A stretch of 64,000 nucleotides of DNA from Candidatus Lloydbacteria bacterium RIFCSPHIGHO2_02_FULL_50_18 (GCA_001821395.1 MHLM01000001.1:96001-160000), one strand, 5' to 3'; counted from the first letter of the stretch, positions 1-10,043 are shown. The notes: generated by a model not told the origin, from the letters alone. Numbers and translations are program-made.

Positions 1-658
1 GACCCGTGATCTGCATCCAATGTTCCGTTATGACAAGCGGAACGGGAATATGTTTTGCGATTACCGCAAGCGTGTGTGGTAAACCGAATTCTCCGGACGT
101 TCCCCCGATCGGAACGGGAGGGATATCGAGTATCTCATGTCCCAACACATAGAGACCGGTATTCACTAAGCCGTCTGAGACCAAATGCTTTTCCTCTCTT
201 ATGCCGACGAAATTCCCCTTATCGTCAACAAGCATTTCGCCCCCCATTGCTTTGTTGTGAACACGAGAAACACAAACACCCCACGGAAGTGCAATAAGCC
301 TTCTAATGTCCTCTTTGGCATATAAGTCGTCACCCATCATCACCAAAAAACGTTCTCCAAGGAGCGGTTTTGCGGAAAGCAACGCGCCGGCAGTACCATT
401 CAGATCTTCCTGCACGGCGTAACGTATCGTCCTGCCGCCCCAGGAATCTCCTAAATAGTCCTTGATTTGATTCCCCTGATGCCCTATGACCAAAATGACG
501 TCCTTCACCTCACTCGGAAGTACTGCGAGCTTCCATTCAATAAGCGTTTTTCCATTCACCATCTGTAATGACTTTGGAGTGTCCTTGGTGAGCGGGTACA
601 TCCTTGTTCCCCTTCCCGCTGCAAGAATAACCGCCTGAATGTTTTTTTCGTCTCCCAT
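1..658 (-). CDS. Sugar-phosphate nucleotidyltransferase (NTP-transferase family), C-terminally truncated by window edge
   Basis: Reverse-strand translation from ATG at 656-658: MGDEKNIQAVILAAGKGTRMYPLTKDTPKSL... The G-x-G-T-R nucleotide-binding motif (LAAGKGTRM) is typical of glucose-1-P thymidylyl/uridylyl-transferases. The ORF is open to position 1. Confidence 0.7.
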   Translation of the reverse strand, partial: MGDEKNIQAVILAAGRGTRMYPLTKDTPKSLQMVNGKTLIEWKLAVLPSEVKDVILVIGHQGNQIKDYLGDSWGGRTIRYAVQEDLNGTAGALLSAKPLLGERFLVMMGDDLYAKEDIRRLIALPWGVCVSRVHNKAMGGEMLVDDKGNFVGIREEKHLVSDGLVNTGLYVLGHEILDIPPVPIGGTSGEFGLPHTLAVIAKHIPVPLVITEHWMQITG

Positions 659-838
659 ACAACACAGTATATCATTACTTGTAAATACCAGTTTTGAGGG
701 ATAAGTAGAACAATCGGTGTCGAAATCCTGATATGTTCATATACATATATTCACCGTTCGTCCAACACCATCTTCTCCACTCGATTTCCCCTGTTTGCTG
801 TTTGTGAAAATTTTCGTCTCGCATGCTAAAATGTCGAC

Positions 839-2230
839 ATGAAAAGCCCGTACATCTCAACCTCGCCCACAGGGCTTCGCCTCCCCCCTCAGCATATCGA
901 ATCTGAACAAGCACTCCTAGGTGCGATCCTCATTCGTACCGATTCGCTCTATGAGATATCTGACGCACTGCAATCGGAAATGTTCTACGCAGAAAAGCAT
1001 CGCATCATCTACGAGGCAATGCTCGATCTCCATCGAAAGCACGAGCCGATCGACCTCCTTACGCTCGCAGCAAGACTGGAAGAGCGCTCACACCTCGACC
1101 CTATCGGCGGTCGAGCATATCTCGTCGAGCTCGCCGGTATGGTTCCCTCATCAGCAAACGCAAAGTACTACGCCGAAACAGTGCACAAGAAGCATGTCTT
1201 ACGAAACTTGATCCATACGGCAGATCAAGTGTCCGAACTTGGATACAAAGAAGAACTACCACTAGAGGAAATACTCGATGAAGCAGAGAGCAAGATCTAT
1301 TCCGTCACCAACATCTCCTCAGGAAAAGGTATTCAAAACATCAAGGACGCCCTTGTGGAAGCGTGGGCACGCATCGAGAAGATTCACGAAGAAAAGGACG
1401 GGCTTCGCGGAGTACCAACGGGATTCCCAAGTCTCGACAAGATGCTCTCAGGTCTTCAGAAGTCAGACCTTATCATTCTTGCGGCGCGTCCATCAGTCGG
1501 TAAGACGACGCTCGCCCTCGACATCGCACGGCGTGCAGCCGTCGATCACAATATTCCCGTTGGCATCTTCTCTTTGGAAATGAGCTCGCAGCAGTTGATC
1601 GACCGCATGCTTGCGGCTGAAAGTTCGATCGACGCATGGAAACTTCGCACGGGAAAACTTTCGAAAGATCATGAGTTCGCATATCTGCGCGAAGGACTCG
1701 ATCGTCTTTCAAAAGCCCCGATCTTCATCAACGACCAAGCCGGTATCAACATCATGAACATGCGCTCCGCGGTTCGCCGCATGAAGAGCGAGCATAACCT
1801 CGGACTCGTCATCGTCGACTACCTTCAGCTGATGACTCCGCTCCACTCAACGGACTCGATGGTGCAGCAGGTCACGGAAATTTCTCGGTCTCTCAAGGGC
1901 CTCGCTAAAGACCTCGACGTGCCAGTACTAGCCCTCTCGCAGCTCTCACGTGCCGTTGAGGCGCGCGGAGGACGCCCAAGGCTATCCGACCTTCGCGACT
2001 CAGGTTCGATCGAGCAAGACGCCGACGTCGTCATGTTCATTCATCGTGAGGACAAGGCAAACAAAGACAAGGTGTCAGAAAAGCCGAATATCGCCGAGAT
2101 CATGATCGAAAAACATCGTAACGGACCCACGGGAATGGTCGAACTCTTCTTTGACGAGAAGCACACTACGTTCCGCGAAATAGACAAAAGCCACGGGGGT
2201 GGCGCTGAGTCTTTTGACGACGTCTTTTAG
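839..2230 (+). CDS. dnaB: Replicative DNA helicase DnaB
   Basis: 463 aa with an N-terminal DnaB domain, Walker A ARPSVGKTTLALD and RecA-like C-domain motifs (LSQLSRAVE, DADVVMFIHRED). Confidence 0.9.
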   Translation: MKSPYISTSPTGLRLPPQHIESEQALLGAILIRTDSLYEISDALQSEMFYAEKHRIIYEAMLDLHRKHEPIDLLTLAARLEERSHLDPIGGRAYLVELAGMVPSSANAKYYAETVHKKHVLRNLIHTADQVSELGYKEELPLEEILDEAESKIYSVTNISSGKGIQNIKDALVEAWARIEKIHEEKDGLRGVPTGFPSLDKMLSGLQKSDLIILAARPSVGKTTLALDIARRAAVDHNIPVGIFSLEMSSQQLIDRMLAAESSIDAWKLRTGKLSKDHEFAYLREGLDRLSKAPIFINDQAGINIMNMRSAVRRMKSEHNLGLVIVDYLQLMTPLHSTDSMVQQVTEISRSLKGLAKDLDVPVLALSQLSRAVEARGGRPRLSDLRDSGSIEQDADVVMFIHREDKANKDKVSEKPNIAEIMIEKHRNGPTGMVELFFDEKHTTFREIDKSHGGGAESFDDVF

Positions 2231-2256
2231 GGGATAAATGTGCTAATCTACAGCCT

Positions 2257-2874
2257 ATGGATCCGATCAATAGATTAGCGGCACTTTTTGCTGAATTCCC
2301 CGGAATCGGAGGAAGACAGTCTAAGCGCTTCGTTTTTCACCTCATCAAGAGGGATAAGGCCTATATCAATGAGCTAGTGAAGCTCATCCAATCGCTTCAG
2401 AGTTCGGTGTTCGAATGCACCCGCTGTCATCGCTACTTTATGAAAAAGTATCCGGATGCTCCGGAGGAATGTTTCATTTGCATCGACACGAGCCGTGATC
2501 ATCACACGCTGATGGTTGTCGAAAAAGATTCTGATCTAGAGGCAGTGGAGCGTAGCGGGACATATAAAGGTCTCTACTTCGTACTTGGCGGTACCCTCAC
2601 TATCCTTGAAAAAGACCCGAGTAGAAAGCTGCGGTTCAATGCCCTCCTTGATCTTGTGTCTCAAGAAAAAGATACGATCGAAGAAGTGATCATCGCCTGT
2701 GCGGTAACTCCGGAAAGTGAGCATACGTCCGAATACGTGGAGAGCATGCTTCTCCCCCTCATCCATGAGACCAATACCAAGATCACTCATCTTGGGCGCG
2801 GACTCTCGACCGGCACCGAGCTTGAATACTCCGATGCCGACACGCTTCGCTACGCACTGGAAGGAAGGAAATGA
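2257..2874 (+). CDS. recR: Recombination protein RecR
   Basis: 205 aa. N-terminal HhH (LIEEFPGIGGRQSKRFVFHL), a C4 zinc finger (CTRCHRY...CFIC) and a Toprim domain. Confidence 0.85.
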   Translation: MDPINRLAALFAEFPGIGGRQSKRFVFHLIKRDKAYINELVKLIQSLQSSVFECTRCHRYFMKKYPDAPEECFICIDTSRDHHTLMVVEKDSDLEAVERSGTYKGLYFVLGGTLTILEKDPSRKLRFNALLDLVSQEKDTIEEVIIACAVTPESEHTSEYVESMLLPLIHETNTKITHLGRGLSTGTELEYSDADTLRYALEGRK

Positions 2875-2917
2875 ACCTCCCCAGGGCTTATGCCGCAGAA
2901 GATTTGTGGGGGCGAAC

Positions 2918-2944
2918 AAAAAACACGCCCTTATAATGGGCGTG
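2918..2944 (-). terminator. Rho-independent terminator for the small minus-strand gene 2955-3188
   Basis: Hairpin cacgccc-ttataat-gggcgtg (2924-2944). It is preceded on + by an A-run, which is a T-run on the minus strand. Confidence 0.6.
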
Positions 2945-2954
2945 CTAACGTGAC

Positions 2955-3188
2955 TCAATGCACAAGTTTCTCGGGCGGACGAAGCGATCCATTACAGAGG
3001 ACCTTGATCGTGACGCCGGTTGTTTGCGCAACTATCTTCGTCGTTTTGTGTCCGTCGACCGCCCCGTGCGGTGCACAAAGGTAGGAGGGTTCACTCTTCG
3101 CATTCTTTTTGATCCCACTTTCCGGAGAGCAAGTGAGTTTTGCGAGCAAGGTAGGCTCTCCACATTCAGGACAAATTCCTTTTTGCAT
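2955..3188 (-). CDS. Small hypothetical zinc-ribbon-like protein (77 aa)
   Basis: MQKGICPECGEPTLLAKLTCSPESG... Strong SD AAGGAG sits 7 nt upstream of the ATG (minus strand cgttAAGGAGttagtATG). The gene has its own downstream terminator and contains a CxxC...C...C pattern. Confidence 0.55.
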   Translation of the reverse strand: MQKGICPECGEPTLLAKLTCSPESGIKKNAKSEPSYLCAPHGAVDGHKTTKIVAQTTGVTIKVLCNGSLRPPEKLVH

Positions 3189-3243
3189 ACTAACTCCTTA
3201 ACGTTGAGGATGATCATCTGTACAAAAGCTAGCACTCACAAGA

Positions 3244-3280
3244 TAAAAAACAAGTCCTCGCAAGAGGACTTTTGTTTTTT
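3244..3280. terminator. Bidirectional rho-independent terminator (serves rplU on minus strand)
   Basis: Hairpin gtcctcgcaagaggac (3254-3269) flanked by an A-run (3244-3250) and a T-run (3270-3280). It lies immediately after the rplU stop codon. Confidence 0.8.
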
Positions 3281-3623
3281 AGCCGATCGATTCGATCTTC
3301 ACCTCAGTGAAGGGCTGACGATGACCGTTCTTCTTGTAGTAACGACTCTTTGCACGATACTTAACGACCATCACCTTCTTGTGGCGTCCGTCGCCCACAA
3401 CCGATGCTGAGACCTTTGCTCCCGGGATATAAGGTGCTCCAACTGTTGTAGCCCCCTCACTGTCCATTAAAAGCACCTGATCAAAGACGATCTTGGTTCC
3501 AACCTCGTTAACCAAGGCTGGTTCGTTAGGCTTTGCCTCTTGAGATAATTTCTCAATTTTGAGGACATCGCCCACTTCAACCTTATACTGCTTTCCCCCT
3601 GTTTGTATTACTGCGAATGACAT
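3279..3623 (-). CDS. rplU: 50S ribosomal protein L21
   Basis: 114 aa: MSFAVIQTGGKQYKVEVGDVLKIEKL..., the canonical L21 N-terminus. Confidence 0.9.
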   Translation of the reverse strand: MSFAVIQTGGKQYKVEVGDVLKIEKLSQEAKPNEPALVNEVGTKIVFDQVLLMDSEGATTVGAPYIPGAKVSASVVGDGRHKKVMVVKYRAKSRYYKKNGHRQPFTEVKIESIG

Positions 3624-3632
3624 AGTGGAGCC

Positions 3633-3660
3633 ATTCTACATGCTTTTTTATATATTGCAA
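3633..3660 (-). promoter_or_regulatory. Putative sigma70 promoter for rplU
   Basis: Minus strand TTGCAA - 16 nt - TAGAAT, ending about 10 nt upstream of the rplU ATG. Confidence 0.45.
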
Positions 3661-3759
3661 ATAGCCGGTACTTGACATAATAATATAAGATGGCATTATT
3701 TGCCCGCTCGTGAGCGCACACTGCAGAAGAGCGAAAGGATGTACCCGTCAAAAATCCAT

Positions 3760-4854
3760 TTACGCATCCTCCATCCTTGGCTTCTCAAGAAGAGTGGGTT
3801 CAAGTCCCGGGGTATTCCCAGTTATACGTGTGACATCTTTGTCGAGTTTCCCCATTTCCTTATAAGCGGCGTTATAGTGGTTCACTGTCGTACTAAGCGC
3901 ATTTCCAAGCTTTCCCATATAGTCCTCATAAGCCTTAAGATGCTTTCCCAGCTCATCGACGCGCTTAATGATGTCTTTAGCAGATTCCTCGATCTTGAAG
4001 GCCTTAAAGCCGTACAAGACCGACTGGAGATAGGCCGCGAAGGTCGTCGGGGAAACAATGATGACCTTCTTTTCATTATAGGCATAGTCAATGAGATTCC
4101 TAGTATTCACCTTGATCGCCCCCACTTCATTCACCAAGAGGTCGTAATATATGCCCTCCGCGGGAATAAACATGAACGCAAACGGGAGCGTCCCCTCTTC
4201 AGGGCGAATATATTTTGAGGTTTCATCGATACGTTTCTTAAGATCGTTTTTGAATTCTTTTTCAAGCTCTTCACGCTGCTTGTCGTCGACCGCCATCGTC
4301 ACACGATTATAGTTATCAAGTGAAAACTTTGCGTCGACGGGAATGAAGCCATCTTTAGTGATGATGACCGCATCGACGGCGTCGTTGTTGAGAAAACGAT
4401 GCTGCATCTTATATGCACCGGGTGGCAGAATATTCGAGAGAATAAGCTCAAGCGATGCTTCGCCCAGGTTGCCGCGTTGTTTCTGGTGTTTGAGTACTTT
4501 TTCAAGATTCGCAAGCTGTTCTGCGATCGCCATGAATCGCGTCGTTGATTCGTTGGTCTTGGTCTGCTCGCGCGCTACTTCAACGAGACTCTTATTCATC
4601 TGCTCGTTTATCTCGCGAAGCAGTTTTTGTGATTCAGAGAATTGTGTCCGCACTGCCTCCGTCATGTCGCGGCGAGATTCCCCCATCTTTGAATCGATGG
4701 TCTTTGCGAGTTCCGCCATCTGCTGTTGAAGCATCAAAAGCGCCTGTGCATTGGCACTCTCTTTCGGAGTCACCTCAGTGCGCAACTTCAAATAGACCAG
4801 GGCGACGATTACTCCCACTAAACAACCAATGACAATGAAGATAAGGTTATCCAT
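3760..4854 (-). CDS. rmuC: DNA recombination protein RmuC
   Basis: 364 aa with an N-terminal TM helix, a long coiled coil and a C-terminal RmuC-family region (FMFIPAEGIYYDLL..., VIIVSPTTFAAYLQSV). Confidence 0.75.
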   Translation of the reverse strand: MDNLIFIVIGCLVGVIVALVYLKLRTEVTPKESANAQALLMLQQQMAELAKTIDSKMGESRRDMTEAVRTQFSESQKLLREINEQMNKSLVEVAREQTKTNESTTRFMAIAEQLANLEKVLKHQKQRGNLGEASLELILSNILPPGAYKMQHRFLNNDAVDAVIITKDGFIPVDAKFSLDNYNRVTMAVDDKQREELEKEFKNDLKKRIDETSKYIRPEEGTLPFAFMFIPAEGIYYDLLVNEVGAIKVNTRNLIDYAYNEKKVIIVSPTTFAAYLQSVLYGFKAFKIEESAKDIIKRVDELGKHLKAYEDYMGKLGNALSTTVNHYNAAYKEMGKLDKDVTRITGNTPGLEPTLLEKPRMEDA

Positions 4855-4872
4855 ATTCGATATCGTATCATG

Positions 4873-7587
4873 CTAGCGGCGACGCTCAAACAGGAAATAC
4901 TTAGCGACCTCAACGGCAAAAAGATTGGCAATGATTGCAATTAGAAGCGGGAGTAGGTGTGGGGTAATGGCCATGTCGCTCAAGCGAAGCAGGTGACGAA
5001 CTAATTCAATCTTCAGCGCAAGAACGAGGCCGAAAATTGCAAAAGCGAAGGCTCCGAGTAAATATCGATTTGTCCAAAATTTTATCCTGTGCAATGGTGC
5101 CCGCAGGTCTTTAAGAGAGAAAGCAATGAGTATCGTGCCGAGCGTCAAAAAGAGGAATGCGAGGGTGCGAGCGTCGGAAATAGGGAGCATGCGGACCTTT
5201 AAGAGATAGGCATAGAACAAAAGAATCGTTACTCCACCGGAAATTCCTACCGCAACGATGAATCTCGTTAATTGGGGGGAGAGCATATTGCGCGCGCCTG
5301 CAACCCTCGGGTCGCGGCGCATAAGATCTCCTTCCTTGGGCTCAAACGCAAACGCAAAATTCATAAATCCCTCCGTAAGCATGTTGGTCCATAGTATCTG
5401 GGCGGGCAATATGGGAATGGGGATCCCGAATGCAAGTGCACCGCCTACCGCAATGATCTCAGTAAATGATGTCGACAAAAGATATGCGACGATCTTTCGG
5501 AGATTGTCCACGATACGGCGACCCTCCTCTATCGCGGCAACGATGATCGCGAAACTGTTATTGAGCAGGACAAGATCTGATGCTTCTTTTGCCACTTCTG
5601 TTCCTGAGCCTAGTGCAACTCCGATGTTTGCAGCCCGCAATGCGGGAGCATCATTTACCCCGTCGCCGGTCATTGCAACGATCTCACCGGAAGCTGAAAG
5701 CACGCGAGTTAAACGAAGTTTATGCTCAGGTAGCATGCGCGCAAAAACAGTTGTCGTATGAAGCATCTTCACGAGATCCTCATCAGTTGCACTTTCAACG
5801 TCAGTCCCCATCGCGACATCGTCACCGTTTTTCCAAATACCGCACTCCCTTGCTATCGTCCTCGCAGTCTCAGGATTATCCCCTGTTGCCATAATAACGC
5901 GCGAGCCCGCAAGCTGTGCGATGCGGATCGCATCTTTGACATCATCACGAAGCGGATCATGCAGTACGATAAAACCGGCAAAAACAAGCCGCTCAGTGAT
6001 CTTTGCCCTTATTTGCGCAGTGTTTTCTTCAAATGACTCAACCGAGGTGTCTTGATATGCTACGCCGATCAATCGAAAGCCGTCACTGGTATATTGCTTA
6101 AGCTCTCGTTCAAGGCGTTCCTTGATCTCCTTAGCATTAATGTGCGTTTTCCCCTGCACATATACCTCGGTAGCATGCTCCAAAATATATTCCGGTGCCC
6201 CCGTAACATAAATACGATTATGCTTTAGTCCGCGCACATGATGCAGTGAAACCGCAACGCGGTATTTAGATTCGAACGGAAAAATATCGATGCGGGGATA
6301 ATTCTTCAAAAGCTCCGTTTGATTCAATCCCGATGCAAGGGCAGCAAGAACAACTGCGCGTTCGACAGGTCTCCCTCGTACGACCTGTTCAGAAAGTGAG
6401 TCCTCTGCGCCACCCTTACGCTCGATGAATGCATCCGAACACAGTGCGGCAAACTCGAGCACGTCTCGCTCGTCCCCGTGCACCTCGTGATCCTTATGCT
6501 CATCGACGCGATCGGCTACCGCAAGAATACCACCATACGTCACGACTTTCGCAACCACCATTTCTGCACGTGTCAGTGTTCCCGTTTTATCGGTGAGAAT
6601 AACCGTCGTAGATCCGAGTGTTTCTGCGGCCAAAAGATTTCGTACCAGACCACCCCGCTTCAGTATCGCCTCCATTCCCACCGCAAGCACGACCGTCACC
6701 GCCGCAGGTAGCCCCTCGGGAATAGCCGCAACGGCAATAGCGATCGAGATGAGCAATAGTTCCGTGAGTGGTTCGCCGCGCATGACTCCAAGCATAAAGA
6801 TGCCGAAAAGTGCAAAGAGTACTATATAGGACATGAGTCGGGCGACACGAGTAATATTTTCCTGGAGCGGAGTAAGCAGATCGCCACCCTCACCGAGTGA
6901 TACGGCGATTGCTCCTATGCGTGTCGCATTTCCTATGGCAACAACGACCCCCATACCTGAACCACCCGTTACGAGTGTGCCCATGAAAACCATGTTTTTC
7001 TGTTCCACAAAAGGTACGACGGTATCATACGCTTCGGTGCGCTTGTGCACATCGATCCACTCTCCGGTGAGCGGAGATTCATTCACATCAAGGTTATTCG
7101 CAGAAATAATCCGTATATCAGCCGGGACATTCACTCCGGTCTCAAGCACAACGAGATCTCCGGTGGTTAGGTCTTCAGCAGAAATGCGCTCCTTCATTCC
7201 GTTGCGCACCACTGTGGCAAATTTTTCTTGTGATTCACGCAAGCGCTCAAATGCGCTCGACGCACGACCTTCCTGATAGAGACTGATCGCAATATTGATG
7301 ATAAGGGCCAAAAAAATAACAGTAGAATCTACATACTGTCCAAGAAGCGTTGTCACGATTCCAGCACACAAGAGAATGAACGTCAGAGGATTTTTGAGCT
7401 CGCCGACAATTCGGTCGATCGGTGTTATCCTTTTTTCTTCCCTGAACGCATTTGGCCCAACCTCAGCGAGGCGCGAAAGTGCAGCCTTCGTTGTGAGTCC
7501 ATCCTTAAGGTCCGTGTGTAATATTTTTGCTACGGCTTCGCCATTCATGCGATACCATTCGTGTCCATCCGATTTTGTTTCATGCAT
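4873..7587 (-). CDS. Cation-transporting P-type ATPase (type II, Ca2+/Mg2+-like)
   Basis: Phosphorylation motif ILTDKTGTLT and hinge motif MTGDGVNDAPAL, with 8-10 TM helices and TGES-like GDLVVLETG. The start is chosen at the ATG giving MHETKSDGHEW, directly downstream of a TATAAT. The longer ORF from 7662 would overlap the upstream gene and its terminator. Confidence 0.85.
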   Translation of the reverse strand: MHETKSDGHEWYRMNGEAVAKILHTDLKDGLTTKAALSRLAEVGPNAFREEKRITPIDRIVGELKNPLTFILLCAGIVTTLLGQYVDSTVIFLALIINIAISLYQEGRASSAFERLRESQEKFATVVRNGMKERISAEDLTTGDLVVLETGVNVPADIRIISANNLDVNESPLTGEWIDVHKRTEAYDTVVPFVEQKNMVFMGTLVTGGSGMGVVVAIGNATRIGAIAVSLGEGGDLLTPLQENITRVARLMSYIVLFALFGIFMLGVMRGEPLTELLLISIAIAVAAIPEGLPAAVTVVLAVGMEAILKRGGLVRNLLAAETLGSTTVILTDKTGTLTRAEMVVAKVVTYGGILAVADRVDEHKDHEVHGDERDVLEFAALCSDAFIERKGGAEDSLSEQVVRGRPVERAVVLAALASGLNQTELLKNYPRIDIFPFESKYRVAVSLHHVRGLKHNRIYVTGAPEYILEHATEVYVQGKTHINAKEIKERLERELKQYTSDGFRLIGVAYQDTSVESFEENTAQIRAKITERLVFAGFIVLHDPLRDDVKDAIRIAQLAGSRVIMATGDNPETARTIARECGIWKNGDDVAMGTDVESATDEDLVKMLHTTTVFARMLPEHKLRLTRVLSASGEIVAMTGDGVNDAPALRAANIGVALGSGTEVAKEASDLVLLNNSFAIIVAAIEEGRRIVDNLRKIVAYLLSTSFTEIIAVGGALAFGIPIPILPAQILWTNMLTEGFMNFAFAFEPKEGDLMRRDPRVAGARNMLSPQLTRFIVAVGISGGVTILLFYAYLLKVRMLPISDARTLAFLFLTLGTILIAFSLKDLRAPLHRIKFWTNRYLLGAFAFAIFGLVLALKIELVRHLLRLSDMAITPHLLPLLIAIIANLFAVEVAKYFLFERRR

Positions 7588-7601
7588 CGTATTATTATAC
7601 C

Positions 7602-7627
7602 AAAAAAAAGAGGCCCGTATGGGCCTC
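7602..7627 (-). terminator. Rho-independent terminator after the GGDEF gene
   Basis: Minus strand gaggcccatacgggcctc followed by T8. Confidence 0.75.
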
Positions 7628-7642
7628 AGTGGGAGAACAAGT

Positions 7643-8320
7643 TTATGTTTTTTTTGCGTCACGCTCGCGCTTCATACGAAATACGGCACGGTCTGCGGCG
7701 AGGATCAGATCAAGGATCTTCTCGGGATCATTGATCGTGATCACCTTGAACGAAAAGGACATGAGCACTTCAGAAGTTTCATCGTTGATCCGATCAAGAC
7801 TCCACGGATACCGGCCAAACGACCGCTTGAGCTCATTCATGCGCATCTCGATGTATTCCGAAGAGATGCCCTCAGCGATGACGATAAACTCATCACCTCC
7901 GACGCGTCCCGCCATGTCATAATCGCGAAAATGATCATTGATCAAACGCCCAAAGACCCGCAGCACTTCATCACCGCCGGCATGACCAAAAGCAGTATTG
8001 ATGCTTTTGAACCGGTCGAGATCGAGCACCACAAGCGATCCGTAGGTTTCTCCATTCTTCAGCGTGCGCCTACGCATGCGCGGAAGTATGATCTTCTCAA
8101 TAAGCATAAAGAATGCATCCCGAGTGAACAGACCCGTTAGCTTATCCGTAATGAGTTGCTTGTGAGTACGCGCCAGGAAAATCGTAAGCGCATCCCACCC
8201 ACCGCGTTCAAACGACGACCTTGCCTCGACAAGAAAGCGCTGAAAAAGACTTATGGACGGCGTACGTTGCTTTTCGAAAACCTGAACTTCAGGCGGGACG
8301 ACCGATTTTAAAGCTGACAT
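7643..8320 (-). CDS. Diguanylate cyclase (GGDEF domain)
   Basis: DKLTGLFTRDAF and RVGGDEFIVIA (the GGDEF active site) are present. An alternative start at 8371 adds 17 aa. Confidence 0.8.
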   Translation of the reverse strand: MSALKSVVPPEVQVFEKQRTPSISLFQRFLVEARSSFERGGWDALTIFLARTHKQLITDKLTGLFTRDAFFMLIEKIILPRMRRRTLKNGETYGSLVVLDLDRFKSINTAFGHAGGDEVLRVFGRLINDHFRDYDMAGRVGGDEFIVIAEGISSEYIEMRMNELKRSFGRYPWSLDRINDETSEVLMSFSFKVITINDPEKILDLILAADRAVFRMKRERDAKKT

Positions 8321-8458
8321 TTTGATTCCTTTCGGTGTTCGTAAACTATTGAAAAACAGAACTCTGCGCAAACCATAGCACTGTTATCAATATTAGTCAA
8401 ATACTCGAATGACTATTTTGACGTTATACTCCCCTATATATTTGCTAATCCAACCACC

Positions 8459-8911
8459 ATGCTCCACCAACAAATTCGCGAAGAGATAAAAAACGCCATG
8501 CGTGCAAAAGAGACACTCAGACTTGAGGTCCTTCGCTCCATCCTAACCGGATTTATCAATGAATTGGTCGCAACGCGTCGAACACCGCAAGAGATACTTG
8601 AAGACGCCGGCTGTATCACGGTGATCAAACGCCAAGTAAAACAGCGCAAAGATTCCTACGAACAATTCATGGCGGGCGGACGCCCGGAGCTTGCACAGAA
8701 AGAGAAGGACGAGCTCGTTATCCTTGAGGCGTTCCTCCCTCAAATGATGGGGCGTGAAGAGATCAAGAAGATCGCAGAAAAAACAAAGGCCGAACTCGGA
8801 GTGACCGACAAAAGTGGAATGGGTAAATTCATCGGTGCAGTCATGAAAGCATGCGGCGGAAATGCGGATGGTAACGACGTGAAGGCCGTTGTCGAAGAAC
8901 TCCTCTCCTAG
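8459..8911 (+). CDS. yqeY: GatB/YqeY domain protein
   Basis: 150 aa: MLHQQIREEIKNAMRAKETLRLEVLRSIL..., a YqeY-family signature. Confidence 0.75.
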   Translation: MLHQQIREEIKNAMRAKETLRLEVLRSILTGFINELVATRRTPQEILEDAGCITVIKRQVKQRKDSYEQFMAGGRPELAQKEKDELVILEAFLPQMMGREEIKKIAEKTKAELGVTDKSGMGKFIGAVMKACGGNADGNDVKAVVEELLS

Positions 8912-9043
8912 CAAAAACAGGGATCATGTCACTCAAGCTACATAGGGTACCCCTATGTAGCTTTGCCATTGCGTAGATGCAATATTTATGATATAATGAA
9001 CCTAGCAAATTTAAGTACTTTTCATCATTTTCAGGAGATAAAA

Positions 9044-9733
9044 ATGCTCGATAAAATCATTCTCGCGGATGAGGTATCTCACCTCATCAAGACTACCTAT
9101 CGAGATACGCCGAAGGGCATGCTTCCGTTCAACCTCGCTTTCACCGACGTGATGAATAAACACGGCGTCACCGGAAGTGCCCGCGGTGGGCTCAAGTCTG
9201 AAATTGGTCGTATTCTTGCGACTCGTCCACGTACGACAAGAACGACGGGGATCAGCAAAAAGAGACCGACGACACCTTCTGTGAAAACGCAGGAATTCTC
9301 GGTGACCGAGAAGACACATAACCGAGTCATACTGGTTCATCTTTCAACTGGGTGCGAAATCACCTATGTCCACAGCACGGAGGGGCTGGTGGTCTGTAGC
9401 TCGCATAGGGGTTATCCGACACTTCAAGTGATAAGGCAAGGAGCAATTATTGCGGCATCATATTTTGTCGGCATGGACCAAGGGGTTATCGAGCAGTCAT
9501 CAATCACACTTGGCGAGCGTTCGGATGATATAGCGACCCTCACGATCGCAGGCAAATGGAAAATGATCGCCTGTCGAGGAGCAAAAGGCTCGATTGTGGC
9601 TCAAGTGAGTGATAGCAGGTCGGGCAAACCAGTCAAACAAAAAGACTTACCGGGGATGCTTCTTCAAGAGGCACGGGCTATTGTGTCCCGATATTTCATG
9701 GACACGCGCACCGGTGACTTTTTCACAAAATGA
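9044..9733 (+). CDS. Hypothetical protein (229 aa)
   Basis: Start MLDKIILADEV with SD caGGAGataaaaATG. An upstream promoter-like TTGCGT-17-TATAAT is present, and a terminator hairpin follows at 9747-9776. No recognisable family. Confidence 0.6.
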   Translation: MLDKIILADEVSHLIKTTYRDTPKGMLPFNLAFTDVMNKHGVTGSARGGLKSEIGRILATRPRTTRTTGISKKRPTTPSVKTQEFSVTEKTHNRVILVHLSTGCEITYVHSTEGLVVCSSHRGYPTLQVIRQGAIIAASYFVGMDQGVIEQSSITLGERSDDIATLTIAGKWKMIACRGAKGSIVAQVSDSRSGKPVKQKDLPGMLLQEARAIVSRYFMDTRTGDFFTK

Positions 9734-9746
9734 GCTTTTTTCCACA

Positions 9747-9776
9747 GATGCAACCCAAAAGGTTGCATCTTTTTTA
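9747..9776 (+). terminator. Rho-independent terminator
   Basis: gatgcaacc-caaaa-ggttgcatc followed by T7. Confidence 0.75.
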
Positions 9777-9820
9777 TTACAAAATGATATACTTTCTATA
9801 TTAACAATAACGCTGACATT

Positions 9821-10015
9821 ATGCAGAGCAATCATGCATACAATCTGATGAAGCAATATGTCCAGGAGCACAAGAGCCTCTGGCGTATCAAGCGAGATTA
9901 CATCAAGGATGCAAAAGGGCATCCGGATGCGATCGCTTTCTGGAAGAAAATGCAGGTCGAGAAAGAGAAGCATTTAGCGGAGCTACAGAAACTCGTCGCG
10001 AAATACACCAAATAA
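9821..10015 (+). CDS. Small hypothetical protein (64 aa)
   Basis: Lys-rich helical ORF followed by a terminator at 10044-10075. No SD was seen, so confidence is low. Confidence 0.35.
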   Translation: MQSNHAYNLMKQYVQEHKSLWRIKRDYIKDAKGHPDAIAFWKKMQVEKEKHLAELQKLVAKYTK

Positions 10016-10043
10016 TTATTTCCTTATTTGTCTGTAAACAATC

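Noticed and set aside
2880-3250. Apparent ~370-nt intergenic region after recR, considered as a structured ncRNA (SRP RNA, RNase P RNA or 6S)
   Set aside because: No conserved SRP domain IV or RNase P P4 motifs were found on either strand. Instead a 77-aa minus-strand ORF with a strong AAGGAG SD and its own terminator explains most of the region.
3700-4218. 172-aa plus-strand ORF
   Set aside because: It is entirely antisense to the well-supported rmuC gene. Its translation is low-complexity and no start context is present.
7295-8140. 281-aa plus-strand ORF
   Set aside because: It is antisense to the P-type ATPase and GGDEF genes and crosses their intergenic terminator. It is spurious.
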